From a bacterium (GTDB lineage: Bacteria; SZUA-182; DTGQ01; JAFGSM01): DNA of 20,833 nt. The stretch spans positions 1-20,833 of the forward strand of contig JBLIRN010000006.1 of the NCBI GenBank assembly GCA_049472315.1. The letters are read 5' to 3'. Below are positions 1-9,300 of the stretch, piece after piece. A program made the translations under genes and the position numbers. The stretch's first letter is position 1. The number at the start of each line of letters is the position of its first letter. A model generated the notes under the pieces. That model saw nothing but the letters and a program-made list of their open reading frames with translations. It had not been told where the DNA came from and ran no database searches.

Positions 1-1314
1 GATCTCCCCTTCGGGGGGTACCCATGCGATGGTCACATATCCGTCTGCCCATTCGGCCTTTGCGCTGACGACCTTGTTCGGGGGGATCGTATCGATGGTC
101 AGTTTTGCAGCGGCGGTGCTGGATGTGCTGTTCCCCTTCGGGTCTTCCAATGTGCCGGTTACGAAGGAGCCTTCTATGGCCATATCCCCGGTGACATCCA
201 GACATGCCGTATAGACACCCCCATCGGTTTCCTCCATGGATGCGGGCCCGGAGAATCCCTCGATGAGAAATGATGCGCGCATGCCAGGTTCGCCCATAAG
301 ACAGAGGCAGATCCGGTCCCCCGCCTTTTTTGCCTTTTCCCCTGCGTCGTGGCTGAAGGAGGCGATATACACGCCTGAGGTGAAGCACTGCGCCTCCCTT
401 GGATACTGGCTCTCCATCCCTTTTTCAGTCACCGCCACCACCGAATAGAGGTATCCCTGGTCGGGCATGACCGATCTGTCGGTGTATTCCGTCTCTGTCA
501 CCGGTTCGGGGGTGAGGGACGTGAATTCGCGTTCGCGGAGGAGGCGCCGGTATACCCTGTAGCCTGCAATGCCGTCCTCCTCGGACGGCTCCCACGTCAG
601 TACAACGTAGTGGTCTCCGGACGGCTCCCGGATAAAACGGGCGTGTACTGAGGATAGTTCATCGGGGAGTACCGGCATGGGCGTGGCGCCGTATTCCGGG
701 GAACGGAGGCCTTCGATCCCGTCCATCCCCACGCAGCAGACCGTGTAAAAGTAGGCGAGGCCGTTGGCGACCTGCGTGTCCACAAAATAGGCATCCTGGA
801 TAGGGATATCGGTGAGCCTGCTGAAGGTTTGTTCCATCGGGATTCTGCGATATACATGGTATCCCTTGAGGGGGGTGCGATCATACGGCTCCCACAGGAC
901 GCGCACCTCGCTGTCTCCCGGTTTCGCCCTTACCTTGGAGGGGGGGAGGATATTCGGGGTCGTGGAGACAATCGGGGATTTCTTGCTTTCGTTTCCCGTA
1001 TAATCAACCGCGGTCACTGCATAGAAATAGGTGATGCCGTTGACCAGGCCGGAATCGGTGAAACAAATCCCCCTCAGGGGCTCTTCGTTCAGCCTCACAA
1101 AGATGTCCGAGGCCGCTTCGCTTCGGTAGATATAGTATCCTGCAAGATCGGTGAGTGGAGTGCCGTCTTCATTCTTATTTGGCCTGATCCACGAGATGGT
1201 CACCTCGCCATCCCCAGCCTTCGCCTCGATCGCATAACAGGGGTCTGCGGAAAAACAAAGTGCCATTACCATCATTAACCACACAAGCGCCTGGATGAGA
1301 TTGATTCGAGTCAT
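1..1314 (-). CDS. Secreted fibronectin type III repeat protein (3' end runs off the window; at least 438 aa)
   Basis: Manually translated open minus-strand frame from ATG 1314 (in-frame GTG 1329 with GGGGTG upstream is an alternative start) to position 1, with no stop. Signal peptide MTRINLIQALVWLMMVMALCFSADPCYA. Three FN3-like repeats (VTISW..GYYIYR..FTDSGLVNGITYFYAVTAVDYTGNES; VRVLW..GYHVYR..NGLAYFYTV; VVLTW..GYRVYR..YLYSVVAV), then an Ig-like segment ending LTIDTIPP and the start of another FN3 (VTIAW). Not in the ORF track because it has no stop in the window. Confidence 0.88.
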   Translation of the reverse strand, partial: MTRINLIQALVWLMMVMALCFSADPCYAIEAKAGDGEVTISWIRPNKNEDGTPLTDLAGYYIYRSEAASDIFVRLNEEPLRGICFTDSGLVNGITYFYAVTAVDYTGNESKKSPIVSTTPNILPPSKVRAKPGDSEVRVLWEPYDRTPLKGYHVYRRIPMEQTFSRLTDIPIQDAYFVDTQVANGLAYFYTVCCVGMDGIEGLRSPEYGATPMPVLPDELSSVHARFIREPSGDHYVVLTWEPSEEDGIAGYRVYRRLLREREFTSLTPEPVTETEYTDRSVMPDQGYLYSVVAVTEKGMESQYPREAQCFTSGVYIASFSHDAGEKAKKAGDRICLCLMGEPGMRASFLIEGFSGPASMEETDGGVYTACLDVTGDMAIEGSFVTGTLEDPKGNSTSSTAAAKLTIDTIPPNKVVSAKAEWADGYVTIAWVPPEGEI

Positions 1315-1507
1315 ACGCCGTGAATTCACGATAAACACCCCGCAGTTACAACATGATGGATATCAGAAAGGATTAAAGGCCATTTCTGATGATATGTTTC
1401 TGTATTGATGTCCGGAATACCATACGACATCAGGAATATACTCCTATTATACACTATCGGCCGTTCCTTCTTTTGTTCTTTGTATACATGCCGAATTTCC
1501 TTTCACT

Positions 1508-1529
1508 TGAAAATCCCCCAGGATTTTCA
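1508..1529. other. Perfect 9-bp inverted repeat (possible terminator stem or operator)
   Basis: TGAAAATCC-CCCA-GGATTTTCA in the gap between the 520-aa cytochrome and the FN3 gene; no clean U-tract on the minus strand. Confidence 0.45.
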
Positions 1530-1540
1530 TGCCTCTTTGT

Positions 1541-1640
1541 GAGCCGAAGGCTCATCTGCGTTTCACTTCTACATTCCATATTCTGCATTCTACATTCTAC
1601 ATTCGATATTCGCAGTTTCATCCGGCTCATCTGCGTTTCA
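1541..1640. repeat. Heptamer tandem repeat bracketed by a 17-bp direct repeat, with a small hairpin
   Basis: Seven 7-mers at 1564-1612 (CACTTCT ACATTCC ATATTCT GCATTCT ACATTCT ACATTCG ATATTCG). GGCTCATCTGCGTTTCA occurs exactly at 1549-1565 and 1624-1640. Hairpin GAGCC-GAA-GGCTC at 1541-1553. Confidence 0.8.
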
Positions 1641-1656
1641 TTTTTGATTCGCCTTC

Positions 1657-3219
1657 CTACATCGGTGGCTCGGGCGCAACCCGGTCCCCCAGGGTCCGGC
1701 CGAGCACCGGGACGAAGCTGTTGTGACAGTTTGCCGTATCGCAGCTTGTCGGGGTGGTCAAGGGTCGCACTGTTGATTCGTGGATGTAATGGACATCGTG
1801 ACAGCTATTAAAGGGGTCGTTCGCCATGCAGCTCACCGCACCGTTCTGAAGCGCAGTATAGCCTCCGTATGAAGGCACCGGATTGGCATAGCGGGCATCC
1901 ACCATCAGCCATTCCTTGAGCAGGTGGCCCCGCTGCACCCCGGAGATCCCGCTTTCCGTGGCACCGGTGTAGGTGCCTTTCGTACCATGCGAATCGTGGC
2001 AGTAGGTGCAGGATGCATTGTCCTTATGCGTGTAGTGCCCGTTGAAGGTATGATTGATGATCGTGGTGCCGCCGCCACCGCCGCCGCCACCGCCGCCACC
2101 ACCGCCACCGCCGCCGCCCGTGGTATGACAGGTGCTGCAAGATGTCGACTGGACATGGTTGTGGGCGAAATAGAAGTTTGAAACGGTGCCGGGAGTCGCA
2201 TAATTGCGGTTGGTCAGCTCATACGATATATTCGGTGCACCGGGCCAGGGCGAGCGTGGGGTCACAAACAGGTTCGGGGCATGGCACTCCATGCAGTACA
2301 GGTTGTTCAGAGGGGTGCCTGAGTCGTTTACCTGGCCGATGTAGTAAGGGGTCCCGGATACCACCAATCCGGTCGCCGTATCCGTCACTGTGCCGGTTGC
2401 CACACTGGTGGGCAGTGCCAGGTAGAGCTCCGTATTGAGGCCCGGTCTGGTGATGGGCTGCTCGAGGGTCACCAGGTGCGGGTTGTGACAACTCGTGCAG
2501 TCCAGCACATCCTGGAATTGGGTGTCCACCAATATGGGTTCGATGTGATGATGGGAGATGAAATTGGGGCTGAATTCATCCTGTTTTTCCTCATGGCAGG
2601 AGAAGCACAATTTTTCGTCCTTTTCCTTTCTGAGCTGAAGGAATGCGGACCCGTGGTGTTTATGGCAGTCCGTGCAGAGGATGGGCAGTGTGGTATTCGG
2701 TATGGTGGCGTTTCCATGCCTGCTTCCGCTCCACATGGAGGCAATATCGGTGGCGGTCTTGCCGAGGCTGAAGAAGGTGACCTGCTGGGTCGGATTGGTT
2801 GGGGCATCATGGCAGCTCAGGCAGAAATTCTCGGTGTTCATAAGGTCGCCGCTGAAGGGATACCGATCGAGGGAATCCGGGTCCCTCAGGAGGACAACGC
2901 CTCTGGTATGCCGCGCGGGGTCGAACAGGTGGCAGACCTGGCAGTCATCCTTGATAAGCTGCGCCTTGATCCATGGATCCATCTGAATAGTCATGGTGAT
3001 GCTGTTCGGATGGTGTGAGGGGTACTCACTGAAGAGTTTGGCCTGAAACGCATGGCATCCTGTACAGCTTATGGGGGGAGAGGTCCTCTCCCGCGTTCCC
3101 TGTGCGTCGAGGATACGTGCCCCGGGCAGCAGGAGGCAGAAAAGGAGTGAAATACACGCCATCAGGGTAAACGTGTGCATTCGAGTGCACCTCCGGTTCG
3201 TCTTCACGTCGGCGGTCAT
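1657..3219 (-). CDS. Exported multiheme c-type cytochrome (9 CxxCH + CX8CH + CX4CH), doubled-CxxCH type, with poly-Gly linker
   Basis: 520 aa. Motifs CTGCH, CQVCH, CLSCH, CTDCH, CFSCH, CTSCH, CMECH, CSTCH, CTYCH, plus CMANDPFNSCH and CDTANCH. Hydrophobic N-terminal signal segment; purine-rich SD (GGGGAAGGGGA) just before the ATG. Confidence 0.93.
   Translation of the reverse strand: MTADVKTNRRCTRMHTFTLMACISLLFCLLLPGARILDAQGTRERTSPPISCTGCHAFQAKLFSEYPSHHPNSITMTIQMDPWIKAQLIKDDCQVCHLFDPARHTRGVVLLRDPDSLDRYPFSGDLMNTENFCLSCHDAPTNPTQQVTFFSLGKTATDIASMWSGSRHGNATIPNTTLPILCTDCHKHHGSAFLQLRKEKDEKLCFSCHEEKQDEFSPNFISHHHIEPILVDTQFQDVLDCTSCHNPHLVTLEQPITRPGLNTELYLALPTSVATGTVTDTATGLVVSGTPYYIGQVNDSGTPLNNLYCMECHAPNLFVTPRSPWPGAPNISYELTNRNYATPGTVSNFYFAHNHVQSTSCSTCHTTGGGGGGGGGGGGGGGGGTTIINHTFNGHYTHKDNASCTYCHDSHGTKGTYTGATESGISGVQRGHLLKEWLMVDARYANPVPSYGGYTALQNGAVSCMANDPFNSCHDVHYIHESTVRPLTTPTSCDTANCHNSFVPVLGRTLGDRVAPEPPM
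2068..2118 (-). repeat. In-frame (GGC/GGT)17 trinucleotide tract encoding Gly17
   Basis: 17 consecutive GCC/ACC triplets on the + strand, directly after the CSTCH-TT heme motif. Confidence 0.95.
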
Positions 3220-3323
3220 TATTCCCCTTCCCCTGAAATCATTGCGGTATGGACGTCACGCCATATCGCCGTTTTTTTTGTATAGCCCATTAGCATAATC
3301 CTTCCCTCTCCGATCATTTCATG

Positions 3324-6300
3324 TTAGAGCCCCGGTATCTGCCAGGTACCAGGAAGCACTCCCGGAATCACATAGGGTATCCTCACCGTTATCCAGGTGG
3401 GTGTGCTGGATCCCCCTGGATAGGTCGGCGCTGTGGGCGCCTGCGCCGCCTGCAATGACCAGGCCGGGGTGGGATTGTTCAGGTTCGGAATATCGTCGGG
3501 ATCGCCCACCAGCGGATTGTGGCATCCCACATAGCAGGTCTGCTTGATGGGATCATAGATCGGCGGGATAATGGCCTTCCCGTCCGTACCATAGTATGCC
3601 ATTTTGGTCTGGAACTCACCCGAGGACCTGGGGAATGCATAGGATGTATCGAAGTCGATGCTCACCTTCGCCCTCTTGAAGGAGGGGTTTACCACCGTGG
3701 CGCCTCCCGGGTCGTGGAGACAGCCCTTGTGGCACATGGTGCAGGCAAACTGGTGTTCCACTACATGCGTGTAGTGCGCCCCCGCACCTCCTTTATAATT
3801 CTGGTCGGTATCCCCGGACCCCATCCAACCATTGCCGACGCTGGTGGGGGGATAGCCGTGGCAATCGATGCACAACACCATGGCCCTGTTGTGTCGATGG
3901 CAATCCGTGCAGGCATAGATGCCTGCATCGAAATGTTCGTACACGGTCTTGGGCGGCCTGGCCAGGAGAAGGCCGCTCGTATAGAGCGGGTTGACGTTTG
4001 CAAAGGTGGTCGGGGCGTAGATGGGTGCATTGACCCGCTCGGAGAGCCCGTGACAGGCTACGCACGCCTGCCTGCTCTCCAGGTTGTCCCTGGTCTCCGG
4101 GTGATAGGCCATGTTGATGCTTGCCTTGTAGGGACCCATGGGTTTCCCCCCGAGGATTGCCTTGATAAATGCCTGGTTGGCAATCCCTTCCTTGGTGATC
4201 CCCCGGTGGGGATTATGGCAGTCGTTGCAGGCCAGTTTATCGTTCTGGGAAATGCCCGGGGTGAGTATGGGTTGCCGCACGAAGTGGCCCGAGGTCTTGA
4301 TCTCCGTGGGCATCCCCGATGGCAAGCGGTGAGGCGGTATATCCTGAACATAGGCGGGCAGGTTCTCGTAATAGCCCGCGATAAGTCCCCCCGGCCCGTC
4401 CACGAATGCAACGTCCTGGGGCGGGAAGGGGAGGAAGAGCTCAGGCGGCGGGTTCGCATCGCATACGATGCCCGAATGGCAATCATAGCAGTATATGGTC
4501 GATCCCAGGGCAAAACCGGGCGCAGCCCCGAACGTCAGCCGCTCTTCGGCCATGGATCGGACCCACAGGAGCTTTTCACCGGGGGCAAGGTGGGGGCTGT
4601 GGCATGCAGAGCAGATACCCTTGGTGGCAATACCTCCGCCCAGGCCGTCCAGGCCCCGGTGGGAGAAGTCGTGGGCGGACCCGACGATTTGCGAATGATC
4701 GGGATGGCAGTTGATGCACAGGTCGCTTCCTGCCGGTCCGTGACCGTTGTCGATGACCAGCAGCTTTCCGTGCCTTCCGTCCACCAGGACCGATTCGTCG
4801 GATTGCGGTCCGGTGACCTGACCGTCATAGGTGGTTTCCGCAGCATGGATATTGTGGCAGGTGAGGCAGGTCATCTGTCCCACGCTGGGGGAAAGGCCGG
4901 TGGGCGCCGCGATATATCCCCCCTTTTCTCCCTTGCCGCGGGCCATTCCAGGGTCCACGTTGCTGAACAAAAGCGGAGACCATTCAACCACGGAGATGAT
5001 CCCCTCGGGTGCGGGTGCAAGGCGATGGTTGAAGGCAGGGGTGCAGACGCTCGGTGCGGGATCGGCGCTGTGGCACTCGTGGCAGAACCCGCCGCCGGGT
5101 GCATAGGGGGAGGTCAGACCCCTGAGGTATTTGGACCCGGGGTTTGCCGCCCAGGTGTGCACGTCGTGGCAGGTGCCGCAGTACAGACGCCCCGACTCGG
5201 TGCCATAGTCATCCGGAACCATCTCCCCTGTTCCGTCCGACAACGGAAACACCGGGTTTGCCGATTTGAGCCTGATCGAGGTCGGGCTCGCCGGGTTGGG
5301 CTCGCATCTGAACCGGTGGGTGAACCTCCTGCCCAGAATGGGATCGGCTGCAGCCTCCGGCCCCAGTTCCTGAGGAGGAATGATCAGCGCCCCCAGACTT
5401 CCCACCCCTCCGACGATCCGTTCCCTGCTGTGGCAACCGTAGCAGAGGTCCTCGTAGTCCAGGGTGTCTTCATCCTGCCATGCATCCCCCCAGCGCAGGT
5501 TCACCGGGCTGATCCGCATCAGGGTTTTCACCCCGGGGGTGGACGTGTCCCCCTGGTCCTCGCCGTCATGGATGAAGTGGCAGAACATGCAGTTTGCACA
5601 CTTGACCGTGATCGGTGTTACCGTCTTTTTCCCGTTTTGTGTAGCCAGTGTGCGAACCACCCTGGTGACGGGGCTGGTCTCCCAGGTCTGGTGGTGCCCT
5701 CCGCCGAGAGGTCCCAGCTTGGTCTCCAGTTTATTGGGATGGCACCTCAGGCAGAAGTGACTGTTGTCTTTGGCAAAGTCCCAGCGCAGAAAGTTGTTTT
5801 CCCGGTCCCCTTGATGGGTGTCCGAATGACAGGAGGTGCAGGTCAACTCCCCGTTTTTGTTGAAGAGGCTTCGGTCCGCACCGGGGGCCCTGGGGCACTG
5901 GCCGAACCGGGCCTGCCTGCCCATGGGATGATGGTCTCTGGGGGGATAGGTCAGGGTCTTGCCCCTCCGGCGGGCCTGGGAATCGGCGTCTTCCACGGTG
6001 GCGGCGTCATCGCCGTAGATGCAGGTGGCGCCGAGGTCCTCCCAGGAGATGACGTTCGGATCGGACTCGGACGGACCGTGACACCCATAGCAGGTCGAGC
6101 TGACATCGTCGCCGGTGAATCCGTCCACATTGGGCTCGGCGGTAAAGGTCCGCGCCCTGAAATCCACGATCAGGATGAGACGTCCCACATTGGGATCCTC
6201 GTCGATTTGGGTCCTGCCCTGGTGGGGATTGTGGCATAAGAGGCATGCGTCATCCTGCTCCTGGAAATGGGCGTCGATATGGCAGTCGTTGCAGAAGTCC

Positions 6301-9300
6301 TCGCGTTTGCCCGGATACCCGGCGTTCCCGCCCCTGCTGCGCAGGTAGGCATCTCCCTGCTGGAGGTGCGGGTTGTGACAGGACCCGCAGTAGAAGCCGT
6401 CATGGGGATCGGGCTGGGGTTTTGGCCCCGTGGGGATGGCGTCATGATCGGACGAATCGCGGGGGAAGGTGTTGGGATCGTAGTAGGCCACTCCATCGAT
6501 GTCAGCCCAGTTTCGCATCACATGGTCCTCCAGGTAATCGCCCGGTATCTGTCCTCCGGGGAGGGCCTTTTTGAAGACCGACTCCGCGCCGGTCTTGGCG
6601 ATGCCCGCGAGGTTGTGGCAGGTGAAGCAGAGCTGGCGGAAGCCCTGGAAGGGGCCGGACCCGTAACCGGGGCGTGACCAGAGCTTGGGCCCAGCAGCGC
6701 CGTGAGGGGTATGGCAGGCATTGCATATCCCCCATTCAGCCCCGGAGAGGCCACCGCCTCCATGATCCCCTGAGGGGAAGTCATACTCGGTATCCCCGAA
6801 TGGATGGCAGGCCTTGCACAACTCGCTTCCCGGGCTGTGGGTGCCGCGCTCGCTAAGGTTGTCCTTGACCAGGAGGTAGCCATGGTCCTGATAGGGATCC
6901 GTGGTGTTCTCTCCCTGCCACGAGGTTGCAGCGGCATGGGTGTTGTGACAGGTAAGGCATATCACTGCACCCTTGCCAGCCAGGGTGGACTGGCCGGTGG
7001 CGGTATTGAACGGATAGGTGATGCCGCCCGGCCTTCCGCTTCCCCCCTGTGAGAAGAGCGGGCCGCCCCCGTGGTAGGAGTCGGCAAAGGCGGGTGCGGT
7101 GGGCGCGCCTTGCGAGGGATCGGGATTCGGTCCGACCCCGATCGGGTGGCTTGCCGGTACGAACTGGCTGTCTGCGTCATGGCAGGCCTCGCACAGGCCC
7201 TTGGTCTGATAGGGTGAGGGATGGGTCCCCAGGTAGGGTGCGGTCCGGTTGTCGTGCACGTCGTGGCAGGTGCCGCAGTACATATGGCCGTCCTCGGTGC
7301 CGTAGTCGTCCTGGACGACCATGGCTGCGCCGTCCGCAATGGGGAACCCGTCCCCGATGATATCCGCATCGGGGACCAGGGTGAAGGGATGGGTGAAATG
7401 TGTATTCGGATCGATCATGGCGCCAGCGCCGCCGGTCCCGCCTACAATGGCCTGGGTCCCATGACAGCCGAAGCAGAGGTCCTCATAGTCGAAGATGTCG
7501 GTGTCCTCATGCCTGTCTCCCCATACCAGGTTGAGGGAGGGCACCCTCATGAGGGCATCCAGGTCGGTGCGTATGCCGATCCCCGGGACGGGGTCGGTTT
7601 GGCGCTCATCCCCGTCGTGGACAAAGTGGCAGAACATGCATCCCCCCCGGCCGTTCGGCGACTCGGCCGGAGACACCATGTGCCTTCCCTCATGGGTGAA
7701 GGGGGCCTTGTCGGAATGGCATGCCAGGCAAAAGTCGGGCTTGTCCCGGTCCTCCCCGTCATTGAGGACCCAGCGCAGGAATGCATTGGCCTTGCTCTTC
7801 TCCCGCTCAACCAGTCCTGCGAAGGGGCCAAGCCCATGCAATCCGTCGTGGCAGGAGGTGCAGGTGAGCTGCTTGTTGTTGTTCAGAAATTGGGGCGGTG
7901 TCCCCGGCGCCCTGATGAATACACCATCCTTCACCTTTTCCGGATCGGTGAGGCTGGCCTGGGTACCCATGGGATGGTGCTCCCTTCTCATGTCCCCTGC
8001 ATCGTCACCGTATATGACGGGGATACCGGCACTTCCTCCTGCATCGGGATTGTGACAGGCATAGCAGAATTGCGACGGGTTGGTGTCGTTCGGGTCATCC
8101 GTTATCTCGGGCACATTGGGCAGGGCGGTGAACGTCGTGGATACCACCGAGAATTGTGAAAGAATCAGCCGGCCTATACGCTCATCATCCTCGATGAGGG
8201 TCTTCCCCTGGTGGGGGTGATGGCAGTCCAGGCAATCGCTGCCGGGTGCATGAATCTCACCGTGGCACTGGATACAGAAGGGCTTTCTCTTCCCGGCCTC
8301 CCCTATCCATGAGGAATCCTTTGCCCTGAGGTAGTCGCCGTAACCGTTCGGGTCCTCCGAGAGATCGTTGTGGGGATTGTGACAGGTGCCGCAGTAGAAT
8401 CCCTCACCGCCTTCCCGGTAGCTGAAGAGGGAGCGATTGCAGTAACTCCCGTCGTCCTTCTCGGGGATGGTGTCGCTGTCGTTGGGATCGAGGGGGAAGA
8501 TTGCGGTGTCCAGGTCCCCCACCAGCCTCAAACTGGGGGCCTCCGGGCACTCCCCGGTGGTAATGACCGCACCGCCGAACATGACGTGATTCTCATACGA
8601 TCCCTTCGAAAAGACGTCCCCCTGCCCGGATACGGTCGAGAAGTCCAGGGGATTGTGGCAACTGTTGCACATATCGTGAACCCCGTCGAAGGTCCCCGGC
8701 AGGTCTATGGCCCATAGCTTTGATTCGGACTGCGCACGGTGGGGGACGTGGCAGTTGTGGCAGATGCCTCGTTCATCGTAGGCAGCAAGGTCATCCCGGT
8801 GAGGACCGTTGAGAGGGAAAACATTGCGGTCATGACATGCCCTGCACAGCTCGTCACCCGGCTCCGTCGAGTTGGTGGGAAAGTTGTCCATAACCAGGAG
8901 CTTCCCGTGCACCATGCTCGAATCACCGGATACTTCACCCCTTCGTGAGGTGCGCGCTGCATGGGTGTTGTGACAGGTAAGGCAGATGACCTTACCCTTT
9001 GTCCCGAGGAGGGAGGTGGATTGTGCAGCATCGTAGGGGTCAGTGATTCCTCCCGGCTTCCCGCTTCCCCCGGAGGAGAAGACCGGGCCGTATCCCCAGA
9101 GGGTGTCTTCAAAGGTTTCGGCGGTAACCGGTCCGTTTCGCGGATCGAAATTGGGGCCCCGGTCTATGGGATGGCTCGTAGAGAGGAACCCATCCTGATC
9201 ATGGCATCCCTCACAGAAGCCATTGGCCTCATAGGGGGATCGCTGGGACCGGAGGTAGGGCCGGTTCGACCCTGTGTGCACGTCATGGCATGTTCCGCAG

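Noticed and set aside
1549..1640. Possible mini-CRISPR (two identical repeats)
   Set aside because: Only two 17-bp repeats, the spacer is itself a heptamer array, and no cas genes are present.
1389..1811. 140-aa and 65-aa plus-strand ORFs in the intergenic repeat region
   Set aside because: The translation is dominated by the heptamer repeat, overlaps the cytochrome 3' end in antisense, and has no family signal.
3519..6239. 906-aa plus-strand ORF (also 8961-11141, 7221-8159 and many shorter ones)
   Set aside because: These lie antisense to clear cytochrome genes. They are typical shadow ORFs of high-GC coding DNA and carry no recognisable motifs.
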